A stretch of 59,393 nucleotides of DNA, filler included, from Sphacelaria rigidula (GCA_964200075.2; 7 parts of 7 records of this genome joined end to end with filler, not necessarily neighbours in it), one strand, 5' to 3'. Shown: positions 1 through 12,740, counted from the whole stretch's first letter. Notes: generated by a model not told the origin, from the letters alone. Numbers and translations are program-made.

Positions 1-65
1 CCCTACGGCCACGGCGCGATGCTCCCGCGTTGCGCCCTTCCCGGCGTGCGCGGCGGGCCGCGGGC

Positions 66-96
<31 letters not shown>

Positions 97-491
97 AGGC
101 GTTTACACGACTCCGTCTCGTTATTGCCTTGCCAGGCAACTCTGGCGCGGAGTCGCGTGGCGGCTTCACCGCCAGTTATCCACTTTTCACTGATGACTAA
201 CTGTGACTGGTTGAATTTTTTTGCAACCAGTTAACTGGTCAGCCAAACCGCAGTTCACGCCTCTAATTTATATCCTTCTCGCGCAATAATAAGCTCTTGC
301 AGTACGATTTCATTAGAGTTTATATATTATATTCAGTGCAAAAAGGTTGAGGGAGTGCTGTTCTGGGTGTCGTGGCGGGACTGAATGTATTTAATCCACG
401 ATACGCTCCAGCGTTTTCCGAATGTTTTCTCAGCAGCACACAAGTATATTCATACTTGTACCGTTGGTGGATCATTTTGCCCAGACGTATA

Positions 492-1718
492 CGAGCTGGG
501 TCAGCCTAGACACGGATTAAAGCTCTCAAAGCAATATCTCGTCGACACGGACGAGTTGGGCGATGATCCGCATATTGGATTAATTGTCTAACCAAGGGGA
601 AGGTGCCCATCTGCTCAAAATTTTGGGCCCACATTTTCTCGTTGGTTAAACCTCATGTCTAGTAATTCCTATGCCTAAGGGAGATAGCGTCCATACTAAC
701 ATATGTATGAACCCCCCGGTCAATGCAATCAGCGAATGACGACGAATTTTGGTGTGGACATTCCCTGGAGCACGGGGAGACGATATATACCCTCATCTTC
801 ACCTAACTCGTAATCTATCTCGATATCTGGCGCACATAATTTTTTTTAATAAAATCAGTATATTACGAGCAGATGCGCTAGATTGGCTAAACCTGGATAT
901 ATATCGCGTCTCAGTTTTTGAGAGTCATGCTAGAAATTTCGTATGGAGAGTCGCTAGTAGTGCATAATACAGCTCATAAACACAGCTTTTTCATTTTTTT
1001 CGTTCTTTTTTTCATTTCTTTCCGGGTTTTGGGGCAGTTTTGAGGAGAAATGAACACTACTTTCGGGTCTCATCTCAATTTCTTAGCTAAATTTTCAGAA
1101 TTAAATTATTGTAATTTGAAACTCAGGATGAAGAACCACAGAGGAGGTATGCTGAACTAAAGAAAACAATGAGCCCTTAGTTTTTTGGGGAGGGAAGAGG
1201 TTCGGGCGTTCTCGTAAAACAATGGCGGTTTCCATATTAAAACGCCCTAGGCCAGTGAAAAAAAACGAAAAAAAAACTGACCCACTTTGTTTCGTCAATT
1301 ATGCCCTAGCCACGGCCCACACAAAGTTTTAACACACAAACACCAAACGTGGGCCGGGAAGTGGCCTGCAAAATACTGTTCCGATTTTTTCTGACCCCGT
1401 CACTAAACGGCCCATTATACGGCCAATACTTAGAGTTGGACTCTGAAATTTGGTATTGGCAATGAACAGGGCATATGAAAAAAATTAACAGTGCACACAA
1501 GTTTTTTTTTTTTTTTCATGAGTTAAAGGCAATAATCAGTTTTCGGATATCGGTAAAATGCCCCTAACCTGAGCGAAAACAAAAAACTCGTGTGCACTGG
1601 AATTTTTTTTTATTATGCCCTATTCATTGCCCGTACCAAATTTCAGGGTCCAACTCTAACTATTGGTCGTATAAAGGGCCTGCAAACTACAGAATCGCCT
1701 CTCGGCTGGCCCAGCTCG
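492..1718. mobile_element. Non-autonomous Tc1/mariner-type DNA transposon (MITE-like, ~1.2 kb)
   Basis: Ends are TA|CGAGCTGGGTCAGCC and GGCTGGCCCAGCTCG|TA: inverted termini flanked by TA. The same end recurs at ~17595-17730, 42196-42397 and ~42620-42772. Confidence 0.75.
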
Positions 1719-2213
1719 TACTGTACTGACTGTGTTCGTTTTGTTCAAACTTTCGTGTAGTACATCATTATCATCATTTATAGAGTTCGAAGTCATTCAT
1801 ACTTCATCCACTATTTGAGAAGTTGGAAATGTTTCTTGTACAGTACGCAGAATACCCCTCGTTCTCACGCCCCCCCCGACCCCCCCCCGACGCCCCCGAC
1901 ACACACCAACTAGGTACGGGCAAATACTGGAAGAGGGCGTGTTTTGCTGCAGGTTCGCGAACAACGGTACACAACACACAATATAATCCAGTATAATCCA
2001 AAATGACAACGAAACAAAAACATGATTCAACCATGTGAAAGATACTTTACTGTAACTCATAGCACTATAATATGCAGGTTCTGCAGGTTCTGCAGCAGGT
2101 TCTAAGTTCCACATGCGAACACTCTCCCATTCTCGCACACCCCGATACCGTTCATTCCACATCTCAACTACACCCCGAGCGTCTTGAATATCTACCAAAC
2201 CTACTCAACCAAG

Positions 2214-2275
2214 ATGAAGTCCGCAGTGATGGCTGTTGCTTGCGCCGCTGGTGCCCAGGCGTTTGTCGCCCCTAG
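2214..2275 (+). CDS. lhcf: Fucoxanthin-chlorophyll a/c binding protein (Lhcf), exon 1: signal peptide
   Basis: ATG at 2214 encodes MKSAVMAVACAAGAQAFVAP, a signal peptide with an ASAFAP-like AQAFVAP cleavage motif. The donor AG|GTGAG is phase 2 and joins in frame to exon 2. Confidence 0.92.
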
Positions 2276-3109
2276 GTGAGATTGATCGGCGTCGTGGTGT
2301 CTGGTTGCATTCTGTTGTATTCTGGTGCTCCGCAGTGTAGTCCGTGTTGGAGAGGTTTCCGTTCATTCAGAGGTGCCGCACAACACGACAGTACTATTAC
2401 CGTACATCGCGGTACCTCTCGGTCCTCGCTGGACCCGTGTCTGGACTGAGGCCACCTTCAGTGTGCGCTGGTTCTCGTATCAACGCCCAAGCCATACTGT
2501 AGGAGCTGTGGCTGTGCGCAGCCACTTCATCTCTGTTTGGTTTATTGGATGCTGGCTACATGTGTGACCTGCAGTTGACGGCGTACCAGCTTCAATCATG
2601 CCAAGTGGCCGATTCGACAGCATGCTGTAACAACAGTACTAGTTCGCGGAATGTCTCCACCTTCACGTTTCGTTATTGCGCGCTGCGCTTATGGTGCGCG
2701 TGCCACATGCGGTGGCGCATGCTCGGTATAAGCACAGGATTGATCTGGTCCAGGTCGTTCAGTGTATTCGGCCGTTTACTCGTACCGTTTTTGCGGAAGA
2801 ACATGACTTGCTACTTGCTACCGGAGGCCGCATCGTACGATTCATCGGTGTGTGCCGATATCATATCCCCCTGCAGCGCGACAGGAGTACTTTCCGGGGC
2901 AGCACCTCGTGCGCGCCTTGAACGAATGCATTTTCCCCTAGACTTTTGAAGCGATATGATCGTGTAGTGGTTTTTCTCATCGTCCGTCTAGCAACTTGTG
3001 GAGTTGAATTTTTGGATGTACCTTCTAGGACCCTGGAACACGCGAGATCCTGACCGAGTACACGTCACCACCGTCCGGTTCCAACATCAAATTCTGCTCG
3101 CGAGAACGA

Positions 3110-3250
3110 ACTTGGTTGAACGAAAGTTGAGGACGTACCAGTAGAGAGTCATGAGTAGTCACTTGACATGGCACGCCTCGAGCTTGGGTAAACGAAACTT
3201 GAGGACGTACTAGTAGAGAGTCATGAGTATCACTTGACACGAGAAACGGC
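3110..3250. repeat. Two-copy ~72 bp tandem duplication in the Lhcf intron (possibly an LTR remnant)
   Basis: aacgaaa(g/c)ttgaggacgtac(c/t)agtagagagtcatgagta-tcacttgaca occurs twice. Confidence 0.7.
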
Positions 3251-3724
3251 ATGCCTCCTCGCAGGATTAGCGTGAAAGAGTGAACTTCGAGCGTGTATAT
3301 AGGTTGGTGGAAATCCCCAAGACCGAACGTATGTTAACGTCTTGACGTGGCCATTTTCGTGAGGTGAACACTTTGATGGCGTTGCGATACACTCGCAAAC
3401 ATATCAATCTCTTGCCATACTCTGCCCGTCTCAATCACTTCGTAGGCAGTGCTGGCGCATGTCTAGTCTAGCACGTCTTGAATGTTCCACTGTCTCAGTC
3501 ATACTTGATTTTTTCACGTGTTGTTGACTGTGCTGTACCGTACACACGAATGTTTTTTCATCAGCGCCTGGATACAACGATATACTACCAGCGTGCCCTC
3601 CCTCTCCGCTGCGTCAACAAGTCGCCAGCAAAAGTAGCCACTTCCCCACCTTCAGGCTTGTTGCTCGACTTGCAGTTTGTCTCTGGAACACTCTGGTCGA
3701 CTCTTGTAAGCCTCATCGTTGACA

Positions 3725-4235
3725 CTTCCTCTGTTCCATAAGTAAAGGTAACTAAATTTGTGTGGGCCCCCAACTATGTCCGTTTTTTTTCATGAACTCT
3801 ACGGTGTATTTTGGGTCAGGTAGAAGTGTTTTGAATTTGCAGCTCGTGCTAGAACCATGCCGTCGAACGGCTGCAAAAAAAGTCGGCCCAGAAATTACCG
3901 GTTTTTGCCCATTTCCGAGGGGAAAAAAGCATCGAATTTTTTTCATTATTTTTTTTTATCGCTCCCGCCTTCACTGGGGCTACCAAAAAGTCCCACGCGA
4001 TTGAAAAAAAACAAAATTGACACTTTTTTTTCCTCGGAAGGAGGCAAAAAACGGCCATTTTTGGGCCGATTACTTTGGTAGAAGCTGTTCGTCGACATGG
4101 TTCGAGCACGAGGTTCAAATTCTAATCAGATTTTTTTAACCCAAGATACACCGTAGAGTTCTTGGGAAAAAAAACATCGGACATTGTGAAGGGCCCGTAC
4201 AAATTTAGGTACCTTCACTTATGGGACAAACGAAG
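3725..4235. mobile_element. Stowaway-like MITE with long inverted arms, in the Lhcf intron
   Basis: Left end CTTCCTCTGTTCCATAAGTAAAGGTAACTAAATTTG; right end CAAATTTAGGTACCTTCACTTATGGGACAAACGAAG|TA. Internal inverted blocks include gaactctacggtgta / tacaccgtagagttc. The right end matches that of the element at 10445-11055. Confidence 0.8.
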
Positions 4236-4439
4236 TATGAGGACATCTACCGCCTCACCGGGAACGGTGCGACTCCGAACTGTCGGCCGGCGAAACTGTC
4301 GCGAGGCGAGGCCCACAGCAAGGGTTGGCCAGATTTGGAGATGATCTCGCGAGTAGGGAATACTGATTTCGAATTCCTCGCGCACCGTTCATTGGGACCT
4401 GTGAGCCGTCCATCATGTTTTTGTTCGTCATTGACCTTA

Positions 4440-5573
4440 CCGTAGGGGTCCCGGTTTTGCGGATACCGGCTTGGTGTTTGGTCCCGTTTTAGCGGTGGTT
4501 TGACCGCTAAACCGGACAGTTACCGGTGTAACGATTATACAGGGCGGTTTCAGCCGGGATCGCGGTCGTGTGCCACACAGCACAGCGGCAGTTTCGGAGC
4601 CGCTGCTGTAAATACGACACACGCAGCTAGCTACACACAGCACTGCGAGCGGCAGTTACCCGTTGAAATCATCCGTACGCGGCATTCGATTTTGTGTATT
4701 TCAACACATGGCACCAACTGCGCCCGACGGGCATCCGTGTAGCGGTGGGTGTGGAGGCTGTCTCCATGGCTGTTGCGGTGAGGTGGAGGATCCCGAGGGA
4801 AACGAGATGATTCGCATCTGCCAGTCTTGCTCTGGGGGGTTGGGGTTGGGGGCACTAGACTCCGAGGACGTTCAAAGCGCGGGAGAAGAATTGTCGATGG
4901 CGCCACCGCCGTACTCGGATATCTCGTCGCTTTTTGGGCAGCCAGATGCATATTCGTGTGGTATCGGAGAGGCAGGGTTCCATATTCGCAAGGCGAAGAT
5001 GTCGTCTGTCCCAGCGTACGCCTCTAGACCAGCACGCGGACAGACATCATGGCCATGTTTTCCATTCGTGGTCGATACTTCTCTTCACCCGATACACAGG
5101 ATTTGATTGAACATCTTGTCATGTTTTGCTGTGCCCAAGGTTAGCTCCATGCTTCAAGTCGCACGCCGCGCCTTTGTGTGCCCTGTTTGCAGCAGTACAC
5201 ACGCCGTACTAGACATGTGGCGAGAAAACATGCCGTAGCGTACTGTAGAAGAGGTTTTCCGGCAGTCATGGTGTACACGTGTCAGGATGGTGAAATGGTG
5301 TGAGCATGGAGGGGGGCTGCAGTTACTTTGATGTTTTTTTCACTTCGAAGTACAGCATACGTTTTGGCCTACATTCGCAGTCTCTTGTGCACTACGTATC
5401 GCAGCTGTAGTCGTACAAATGGTTCTACTGCTGTAATACTGTACTGCTGTATACAGCAGTCACTCATGACGCGATCGAAATTACATGTCATTAAACGCAA
5501 CGCTGCTCTTACGCGAAGCTAACTGGGGTTTATCCGGTCTAGTGCCTCCAATCGTTAACCGGAACCCCTACTG
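4440..5573 (+). mobile_element. Internally deleted pogo/Tc1-like DNA transposon in the Lhcf intron
   Basis: TA|CCGTAGGGGTCCCGGTT ... AACCGGAACCCCTACTG|TA termini. It carries a Cys-rich ORF remnant, GHPCSGGCGGCLHGCCGEVEDPEGNEMIRICQSC (ORF 4663-5106). No DDE core is visible. Confidence 0.7.
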
Positions 5574-6276
5574 TATTCTCATCCCGTAGGGTCAGAGCCC
5601 ATTATGGCAGTGACGAGATGGATGATGGACTGTATCAAATATGACATCTTTGCGGCTCTGTCGTGACATGGGCACGTGGACCGGATCAACGATGCATAAA
5701 GCACAGCCTCACTCCTCTCATGTAAGGATTTGCCACTTGCGCACCACTCGCTGCACCAACACGCACACCTGAATGGAAGTTTGCGGTTGACGTCAGTTCT
5801 GGTTCGATGGCTGGTCGCAATACAAGTCGAAACATCGCAAGCGTTTCGAAAATACGCCCCCTTTCAACTACAATTCATGTGCCCCTTGAGTGTCGGTCAT
5901 CCTCTTCTATACCGATTCCCAGGATCGAGCCCTCTCTGTGTAGCCTCAGAGGAGACTTTCGGATCCCAGTGTTGCTGCGGTTGATCGTTCCACATGTGTG
6001 CTGGCAGAGCGCGGCTGTACAGCGAGAGATGACCATTCCATCACTCCTATTGCAGCATGAGCTAGAGCCTGTAACATACTTGCTCGGTCGTATCACGGTT
6101 TCTTCGGTCAGTCTCGTACGTGAAACCCGCACTTGCCCACATGAAATAGTAATGACTCGCTTGAAAATCATGCTGATGGAGTGCAAGTATCATGGCCAGC
6201 TGTTCCCGACATTCGCCAGTCGCCCACATGCCCTCCTCCCCTTCCTTTGATCCACTCTTTCGTGCAAAACCTGCAG

Positions 6277-6865
6277 CGCCTTCAACGGTGCCGCCGTGAC
6301 CCAAGCCGCCCGGTCGTCGTCCGCGATGAAGATGGCGTTCGAGTCCGAGATCGGCGCCCAGCCCCCGCTCGGGTTCTGGGACCCGCTCGGCCTTCTGGCC
6401 GACGCCGACCAAGAGCGCTTCGACCGACTGCGCTACGTGGAGGTGAAGCACGGCCGCATTGCCATGTTGGCGATCGCCGGTCACTTGACCCAGCAGAACA
6501 CCCGGCTGCCCGGCATGCTGTCGACGTCGGCGGGCATTTCTTTCGCCGACATGCCGAACGGTGTGGCGGCTCTGTCGAAGATCCCGCCGGCGGGTCTGGC
6601 CCAGATCGTGGCTTTCATCGGTTTCCTCGAGCTGGCGGTGATGAAGAACGTGGAGGGGTCATTCCCGGGAGACTTCCCACTGGCGGGCACCCCGGACGCG
6701 TGGACGTCGATGTCGGAGGAGACGCAGGCGTCGAAGCGCGCGATCGAGTTGAACAACGGTCGCGCAGCGCAGATGGGTATCCTGGCGATGATGGTGCACG
6801 AGGAGTTGTCGAACCAGCCGTACATCATCAACGACCTCGTGGGCGCGTCGTACACCTTCAACTAA
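6277..6865 (+). CDS. lhcf: Fucoxanthin-chlorophyll a/c binding protein (Lhcf), exon 2; spliced product 216 aa
   Basis: Acceptor ctgcag at 6274-6276, then AFNGAAVT...FESEIGAQPPLGFWDPLGL...EVKHGRIAMLA...ELNNGRAAQMG. These are canonical LHC helix 1 and helix 3 motifs of brown algal FCPs. GC3-rich codon usage; TAA at 6863-6865. Confidence 0.97.
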
Positions 6866-7767
6866 GGCCCTTCTCGGCCCGTGGGGAATGCTGCTTGGGT
6901 CGTCGTGCTCGGCCAGTGTTGTTTTCAAGCCGGCACAGAGTTTGAAGACTACACAGTTTTACAGACGCGTTCGATGATGCGATGATGCGTCATATCTTTG
7001 CGTTGCTCATGGAGTAGAGTAGATGTCACTGGGAGGCGTTTTGGAAAAGTTTCCGTGTTGTTCGGGAGTGGTTTCTTGGTTCGTGTGTTTGCTTTGCGTC
7101 GTCTCCGCGCTCCGGTTCCCGGGAGCGTTCCTGGTGTAAATATGTCAGCACTTGCTGCCAGTCGTTAGGAGGGGAGGGGTCAGCTTGAGGACACTGTAGA
7201 TGGAATATAATTTGAGAGACAATGTCGCATTCCCTGTTTCGTGTTCCCTTTCGTCGTGGCTCCGTGTCGACACACCGTGATGATTTGGACACAACTTACG
7301 GACCTTGACGAAGTAATCACCTCCCGGCCGTTCGTGGTCACGTTCACGTTTCGTGGCGGTCCTGAGCTGAGCATTTGGCAGTGGTCAAGGCTGACAAGTT
7401 TAGCCATTCGCAGCATTGTTTGGCTACTTGGTTTGAAGCCTTTACAGTACTTGGCCGACTGTGTTTTGTGCCTTCAGACTTGCGGTGATGCAGTCGGAGT
7501 CAACTGTCCCAAAGCCGAAGCAAATACTGCTGTCGCGGCAGTGGATCGAGTGGCCACGCCACGATCACGCTTTCGCTCATCAGTTGACTCCACCAGTTCT
7601 CGAAACGGAAGTTCTAAAGCACCTCTGTACTCTGAATCGCTCGTTCTCTCTATCAATTTGACTCCCAAATTTGGAACGATTTGTTGGGGCATGAAATGAC
7701 GGGATCTTCGGCGTATGTGGATGACTCGGGCCATTTTCTCATATGTATCAACAACAGAGTGGTGCTA

Positions 7768-8001
7768 CGGTAGGGGTGCACAAATATTTTCTGGGGTTAG
7801 AACTGTTGGGAGCCCTTTATCTCATGCTAAATGCGAGCTATGGCAATATGTGAAAGTACGCCAGGATTACTACTCCAATGTGCTGGGGATATCCCGAATG
7901 AATTTGCAAACGGAGATATCCTGACCCATATTTTTGTGCATCTTGAATCGTAAGGAGCCCCTGAACTAGACATAATTTCGCGAAAAAAGTGACCCCTACC
8001 G
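7768..8001. mobile_element. Short TA-flanked MITE
   Basis: tgcTA|CGGTAGGGGT ... ACCCCTACCG|TAgca. Homologous pieces lie at ~14340-14505 (reverse), ~25900-25955 and ~59330-59393 (reverse). Confidence 0.7.
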
Positions 8002-8400
8002 TAGCATTACTCTACACGGATTCGCGAGGATTTTCATTACCCTCCTCCGTCGTTCCCCACCCGAAATGATGGCCATTGGCATGTCGCACCATATAACTAC
8101 TTCTACACGTCGAGACCGTTCCAGACAACCTCGACCTTTCCGTACGTGGTCATGGTCTGTCATGGTTTGTCATGGTTTAGTTCCTGCCTATAGACTTGCA
8201 TACTGTTGAGTTGACCTCTTGTGTTGGAAAGCGCCAGTGTTGCCCAGAACGGATTTGTAAGCTACGGACAGCTGTGCTGGAACGATCTGTAGAACAAGTG
8301 CAGCAAAGGGGATCACTCCTCTGAGGAACAGTGTTTTCGTGAGATTGAGAGTAGATGATACGATTGAGAGTGAGAAGCGGTAAATCAGTGAAGGAATCGT

Positions 8401-8500
8401 NNNNNNNNNNNNNNNNNNNNNNNNNNNNNNNNNNNNNNNNNNNNTTAATTAATTAANNNNNNNNNNNNNNNNNNNNNNNNNNNNNNNNNNNNNNNNNNNN
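8401..8500. other. Assembly linker N44-TTAATTAATTAA-N44 (also 16901-17000, 25400-25499, 33899-33998, 42398-42497, 50896-50995)
   Basis: Identical 100-nt spacers with stop codons in all frames separate segments of 8400, 8400, 8399, 8399, 8399, 8398 and 8398 bp. Confidence 0.98.
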
Positions 8501-9994
8501 AAAAAAGAATAGCGTGAAAAAAAAAAAAGCCGAACAACCTAAGGGAGGAAAACCCCACGGCCCCGCTCCTCCCCCGTCTTTCGAGCGCTTTTTTTTTTTT
8601 TCTTGGTTGGGGAAAAGCTGAGCATGTCGCGAGACATGAGCCCCTTCCCCCGCGCCCCCAATTTTTGATCCAAGTGTAATAAGAATCTTCTTCTCAGCCT
8701 CCGCACCAACACAAAAACACCGACTAGTACAAAACACGAGAGCTTGGATGTTTGTAACGCGTCAAAGCGTAACCCGCTAAAAGGGGGACCGCTACCGGAA
8801 GCACGCGGTCCTCTCACGCATTACAGGGAGATGAGTCTCTCGTGAACCCGGTGAGTTCTTGCATACTGCTTTCAGTATAAATTTAGAGTGGGTGCAGCGT
8901 ATACTTGTAGAAAAAACGGATGTGCGGGAAATTCGACGGAGCTCGCGTGGTTCCGTATGTGATACACTGTATAACTACGGTTTCAGCTCACGACAGACGA
9001 TCTCTATGCGCCCGTTCTATATTTACATAGAAAATACGGACGTGCGGGAAATTCGGCGGAGCTCGCGACGGGGGGTCATCGTTGCGTTGCGCGTTGCCGG
9101 TGCCCTCGCCGAACCGCTCTCTCAAATTCCATGTGCGTTGACTATGTCGACAACAATTCCGACTTTGATATGTGAACACTATCGTGTGCTTGAGGCTCTT
9201 CAAGATGTGATGAATTTGGCTGAGCAGATACGCACTGAAATGATGCCCGCGCGCGCTCCCACGGCAAAAGCGGATGAACTTCTTTCCCCAGCGCCCCCCA
9301 ATTTCAGTTCAAGTCTATTTGATCACAACCCGGCACTCACACCGTGTATGGCTTTATCACCAATGAAATAGAGCGGCTGTCCCGCGTGAGGGGACGATGA
9401 AATAGAGCGTATATGCCTTCATCACCAATGCAATAGATCGGGTGTCCGCGTGAGGAGGGGACGAGCCCTGTGAGTCGAGGACACGCATGGTGATGCTTTG
9501 CACAACTCAATGATAATCGGTTAAACGGTGCTCATCGATGACCCCTTACTTTGACAATATTACCGCAATTAAAATGTAGGACGAACCACGCGGAGCGAAC
9601 CCGCGAATTGGACCTCTAGCATTGGCATTCGCCCGAACAGTCATCTCCCGACGCGAGCGCGGCAGGATCTGCACACTCATTCCAGCATAAATCGTGTGCA
9701 CGCCTCCTTACGATAATCACTGCGCGCTCGTCCACCCTAAAGATCATATTTATAACTGTATGTACCATAGACTTGACTCGCAGTCGACATATCCTTCCAT
9801 TCCCACCAGAACAAAATCGACCCACAATTACAGAGACCACGATTCCGCGTCAGCACGGGAGTTCATGGTTACCTGCGACGTTGTGCTCATGAGCGGAGGC
9901 GGCGACTGACGTTTGGGACGACCCTCCGACTCCCGATTTGTCCTGCGGGACGAGGAATTAGATTATGGGAGAAGGGGTGGGAGAGAGGAAGGTG

Positions 9995-11690
9995 GGCATA
10001 CTCATTTGTTTCTTGCCTTGGTCATTTCACCATTGACCACGCATCTCCTTCGACACGGACCGCCGTTCCTACTCCTGATAGAGACACCTTGATTATTCGG
10101 GCTCTCATTACGTTTCTTCCGTATGTCACACAAAAACCATCTACGTAACGCATTCCCTTCCTGCTTCGCCGTCTGTGACCACAGGCTACCTCCCGTTGTA
10201 GTAGAGCGATCGTTTCGTCGCTACTGTCCAATGTACCTACCAAATGATTTAATTCCACGTTCGCTTTCTCCCCGCATTTCCCCCTTCAGCACGGCCCGTT
10301 CCTCCTTGTATAGTTCACATTCTGCAACTCAATAAATTCTACGCTATTTGCTTTGCCACAGGGGCCATTCTGTAGCATCTACTTCCTCCTCCACCCGACT
10401 ACTGGAATACTTCCATGACGGTGCTCGGCAGCGTTATCCCTCTACTTCCTCTGTCTCATAAGTTTGAGTACCTATGGTCAATACGCTGTCTGAGAACAAC
10501 CGTGATAGTGAGGATAGTATAGCTGGGTTCGTTGGAAGGATCAAACGAAGACGAAGCTAGAGAAGAAGAAAAAACGGGGTTCTATTGTTCTATTTCTTTA
10601 CCTAAAATGGGTCAAATATATACCCTATTTTGGGCTATTTTGGGGATATGTTTGAAAATGGTTTTTGGAGTGTTTTTGAAAAATCTCAAAAAATTCTCAA
10701 AAGCGTCCAAATTTAGCATCATATCTGCCCACTACACCATTCTAGCGATGGACTCGCCCCGCAGCACACCTCCACCTTGCAAACAGGGCGCCGAGATATC
10801 GGTTGGTGGCCGCTACGCAACGGCGGTAGAGATTGCGATGGCCATGCATTCCCGTGGGAAAGGCGTGGAATACGGCCATTTTGGGGGCGACTGATTTGCT
10901 TTCGGCCGTTCGACCGCATGCTTCGAGCACCGGCTGAAGAAAAAAACTCCACTCGAGAAACACCGGAGATTTCAACAAAAAAAATCGAAAAGCAGATCGG
11001 ACACGGTTGAGGGCCCGTACAAATTTAGGTACTCTAAGTTATGAGACAGACGGAGTATACTTACCCGGATCAGCCTTGTTTCCTTTCTTGAGAAGGTTTA
11101 CTACTACCCCTTCTTCCCAACTCTTGGGTGTGCACTCGTTTCCCATTTCCAATTATGCGACATAACCACCATGGTCGTTATTCCCTCTTCCCTATACTCC
11201 ATAAATTCATTTATTATTTCGTCTGCTCCTGCTGTCTTTCTGATCCTGAGTCTAGCTACGCACTCCTTTACTTATTCTCTTGTGAACTCTCTTTGTGCAA
11301 TAACTTTCAACCACTATCCTCTCGTTTGGATGCCTCTACATTCGCCTCTGCCCACCCATTGGTTTCTCTCTCAAATTCCGCGTCGAACGCCTTCTTAGTT
11401 GTTGATCCTCCTCGTTTTTTGTAGTGCTCTACTAGCACTTCTCTATTCCCTTTCGAACTACTGACCATTGTACCGGTATGTGCCCTTAGTGTGGCCATCC
11501 CCTTGCCCGCCTCTCGTGCCTGTTTGCCCAGTATCCCTTTTATCCCTACCCACATTTGCTTCATCCCGCCATCAAAATCTTCTTCTGTTTTACTCCCTAC
11601 ATATTTGCATATTCCATCCCTGTTTTTTCTTTGACCATATTTTTCACCCCTTTTCTAGCTTTATAATACTCCTTCCACCCCGGCGTAGTT
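9995..11690 (-). mobile_element. Degenerate, internally deleted non-LTR retrotransposon (LINE), interrupted by a MITE
   Basis: The minus strand encodes KQMWVGIKGILGK...EVLVEHY...FTREEVKECVARLRIRKTAGADEIINEF and ECTPKSWEEGVVVNLLKKGNKADPGK|YRGITLPSTV. This is the motif preceding the LINE reverse transcriptase domain. The 3' tail GACCAAGGCAAG(A/C)AACAAATGAGTA is shared with other copies. Confidence 0.85.
10445..11055. mobile_element. Stowaway-like MITE inserted into the LINE
   Basis: TA|CTTCCTCTGTCTCATAAGTTTGAGTACCTA ... TAGGTACTCTAAGTTATGAGACAGACGGAG|TA. Removing it with one TA restores the LINE reading frame GKYRGITL. Confidence 0.88.
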
Positions 11691-12159
11691 TTGCTCAATG
11701 TGTAGCTCACGTGAGCCCCCTTCATCTCTCTCACCTCCTGGTCCCACTATTGAGGCGCGGGGGGGGGGGGCGAACTCATTTGTTGCTCGCCTTAGTCTGA
11801 CCATTGACCACGCATCCCTTTCGAGACGGAGCACGTCCCACCATTGAGGGGAAAGGAGCAGGGTGGGGCGGAGACACACCACAGCCATTAACCAGAAACA
11901 CTAGAAAAGCGCGGGCAGCGAATATACTTTTGATATGGTTGACACGGTACACGTAATGACCAACTCACGTGTCACCCACATCAAAAGTGTAAGACGAGTA
12001 CTGCAGCCCACCAACACCTTCCTGTGTCGATTTTGAGTTACCACCTGCGGTGTGCTCACCAGGATATATCGGAATATCTAGGTTTTCGGGTCATTCACAA
12101 CAACAAGATCCATTGGAAGGAGGAAACACTTGTGGGTAGGAGCGGGGGCGGGGGGGGGG

Positions 12160-12740
12160 GGGGGAGGGGTGTACTCATGATCATGCATACCACAGTCGTA
12201 AGCCCATTGATCTCGCATACCTACAAAGCCGCGACGGAGCCCGCCGGGTTCTCGCCAGACCAAACTCGCGATCAATCACCAAGCGCGAAGCGCCGCGGGG
12301 TGTTCGGCGAGTCGCATGAAGGGCGAACTGCATCCTGCTAAGATCGTTCCGCCCGAAGCCTACTAATTATTTTGCATTTGGATGACAGCCTCCGATGAGA
12401 TGCTTCATGTCCTGGTATCGCCACTTCCAGAGACAGCCACGGTTTACACACTGCCTCCTGGGCGTCTCACCATTTAAACACTACGTAGTATGATCACCCC
12501 GTTTGCGCGGAGTTGAGGTTTTCCCGCACCTCGCACAACATGCTCTAGCTCGGCTACCATCACGGTTACCGCAAAAAAAACCGTAAGCGCGCAAACAAAA
12601 CCGATAACCTGGTTGCCTAGCTTACGCAGTGAGTGGCGTCTTCTACAGCGTCATTGCCAACCACCGGCACCAACCCCATAGGGGGTCCGTCCCTGCCCAG
12701 TCGGGACGGAACACGCCGTGTTTTCGCCGGACCAGGCTAG
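12160..12740 (-). repeat. Dispersed repeat, probably a non-LTR retrotransposon 3' region (copies at ~15530-16070 and ~38915-39335; short heads at ~12780 and ~48935)
   Basis: Shared blocks such as gagtcgcatgaaggg(c/t)ga(a/g)ctgc(a/g)tcctgct and cttccagagacagccac occur in three contigs, typically starting at a poly-G followed by tgtactcatgat. Confidence 0.7.

Noticed and set aside
6062-6945. Long overlapping ORFs 6181-6945 (+), 6062-6484 (-) and 6481-6861 (-)
   Set aside because: These are shadow frames of the GC-rich Lhcf exon.
8445-8456. Recurrent TTAATTAATTAA palindrome
   Set aside because: It is a synthetic linker inside the N gaps.
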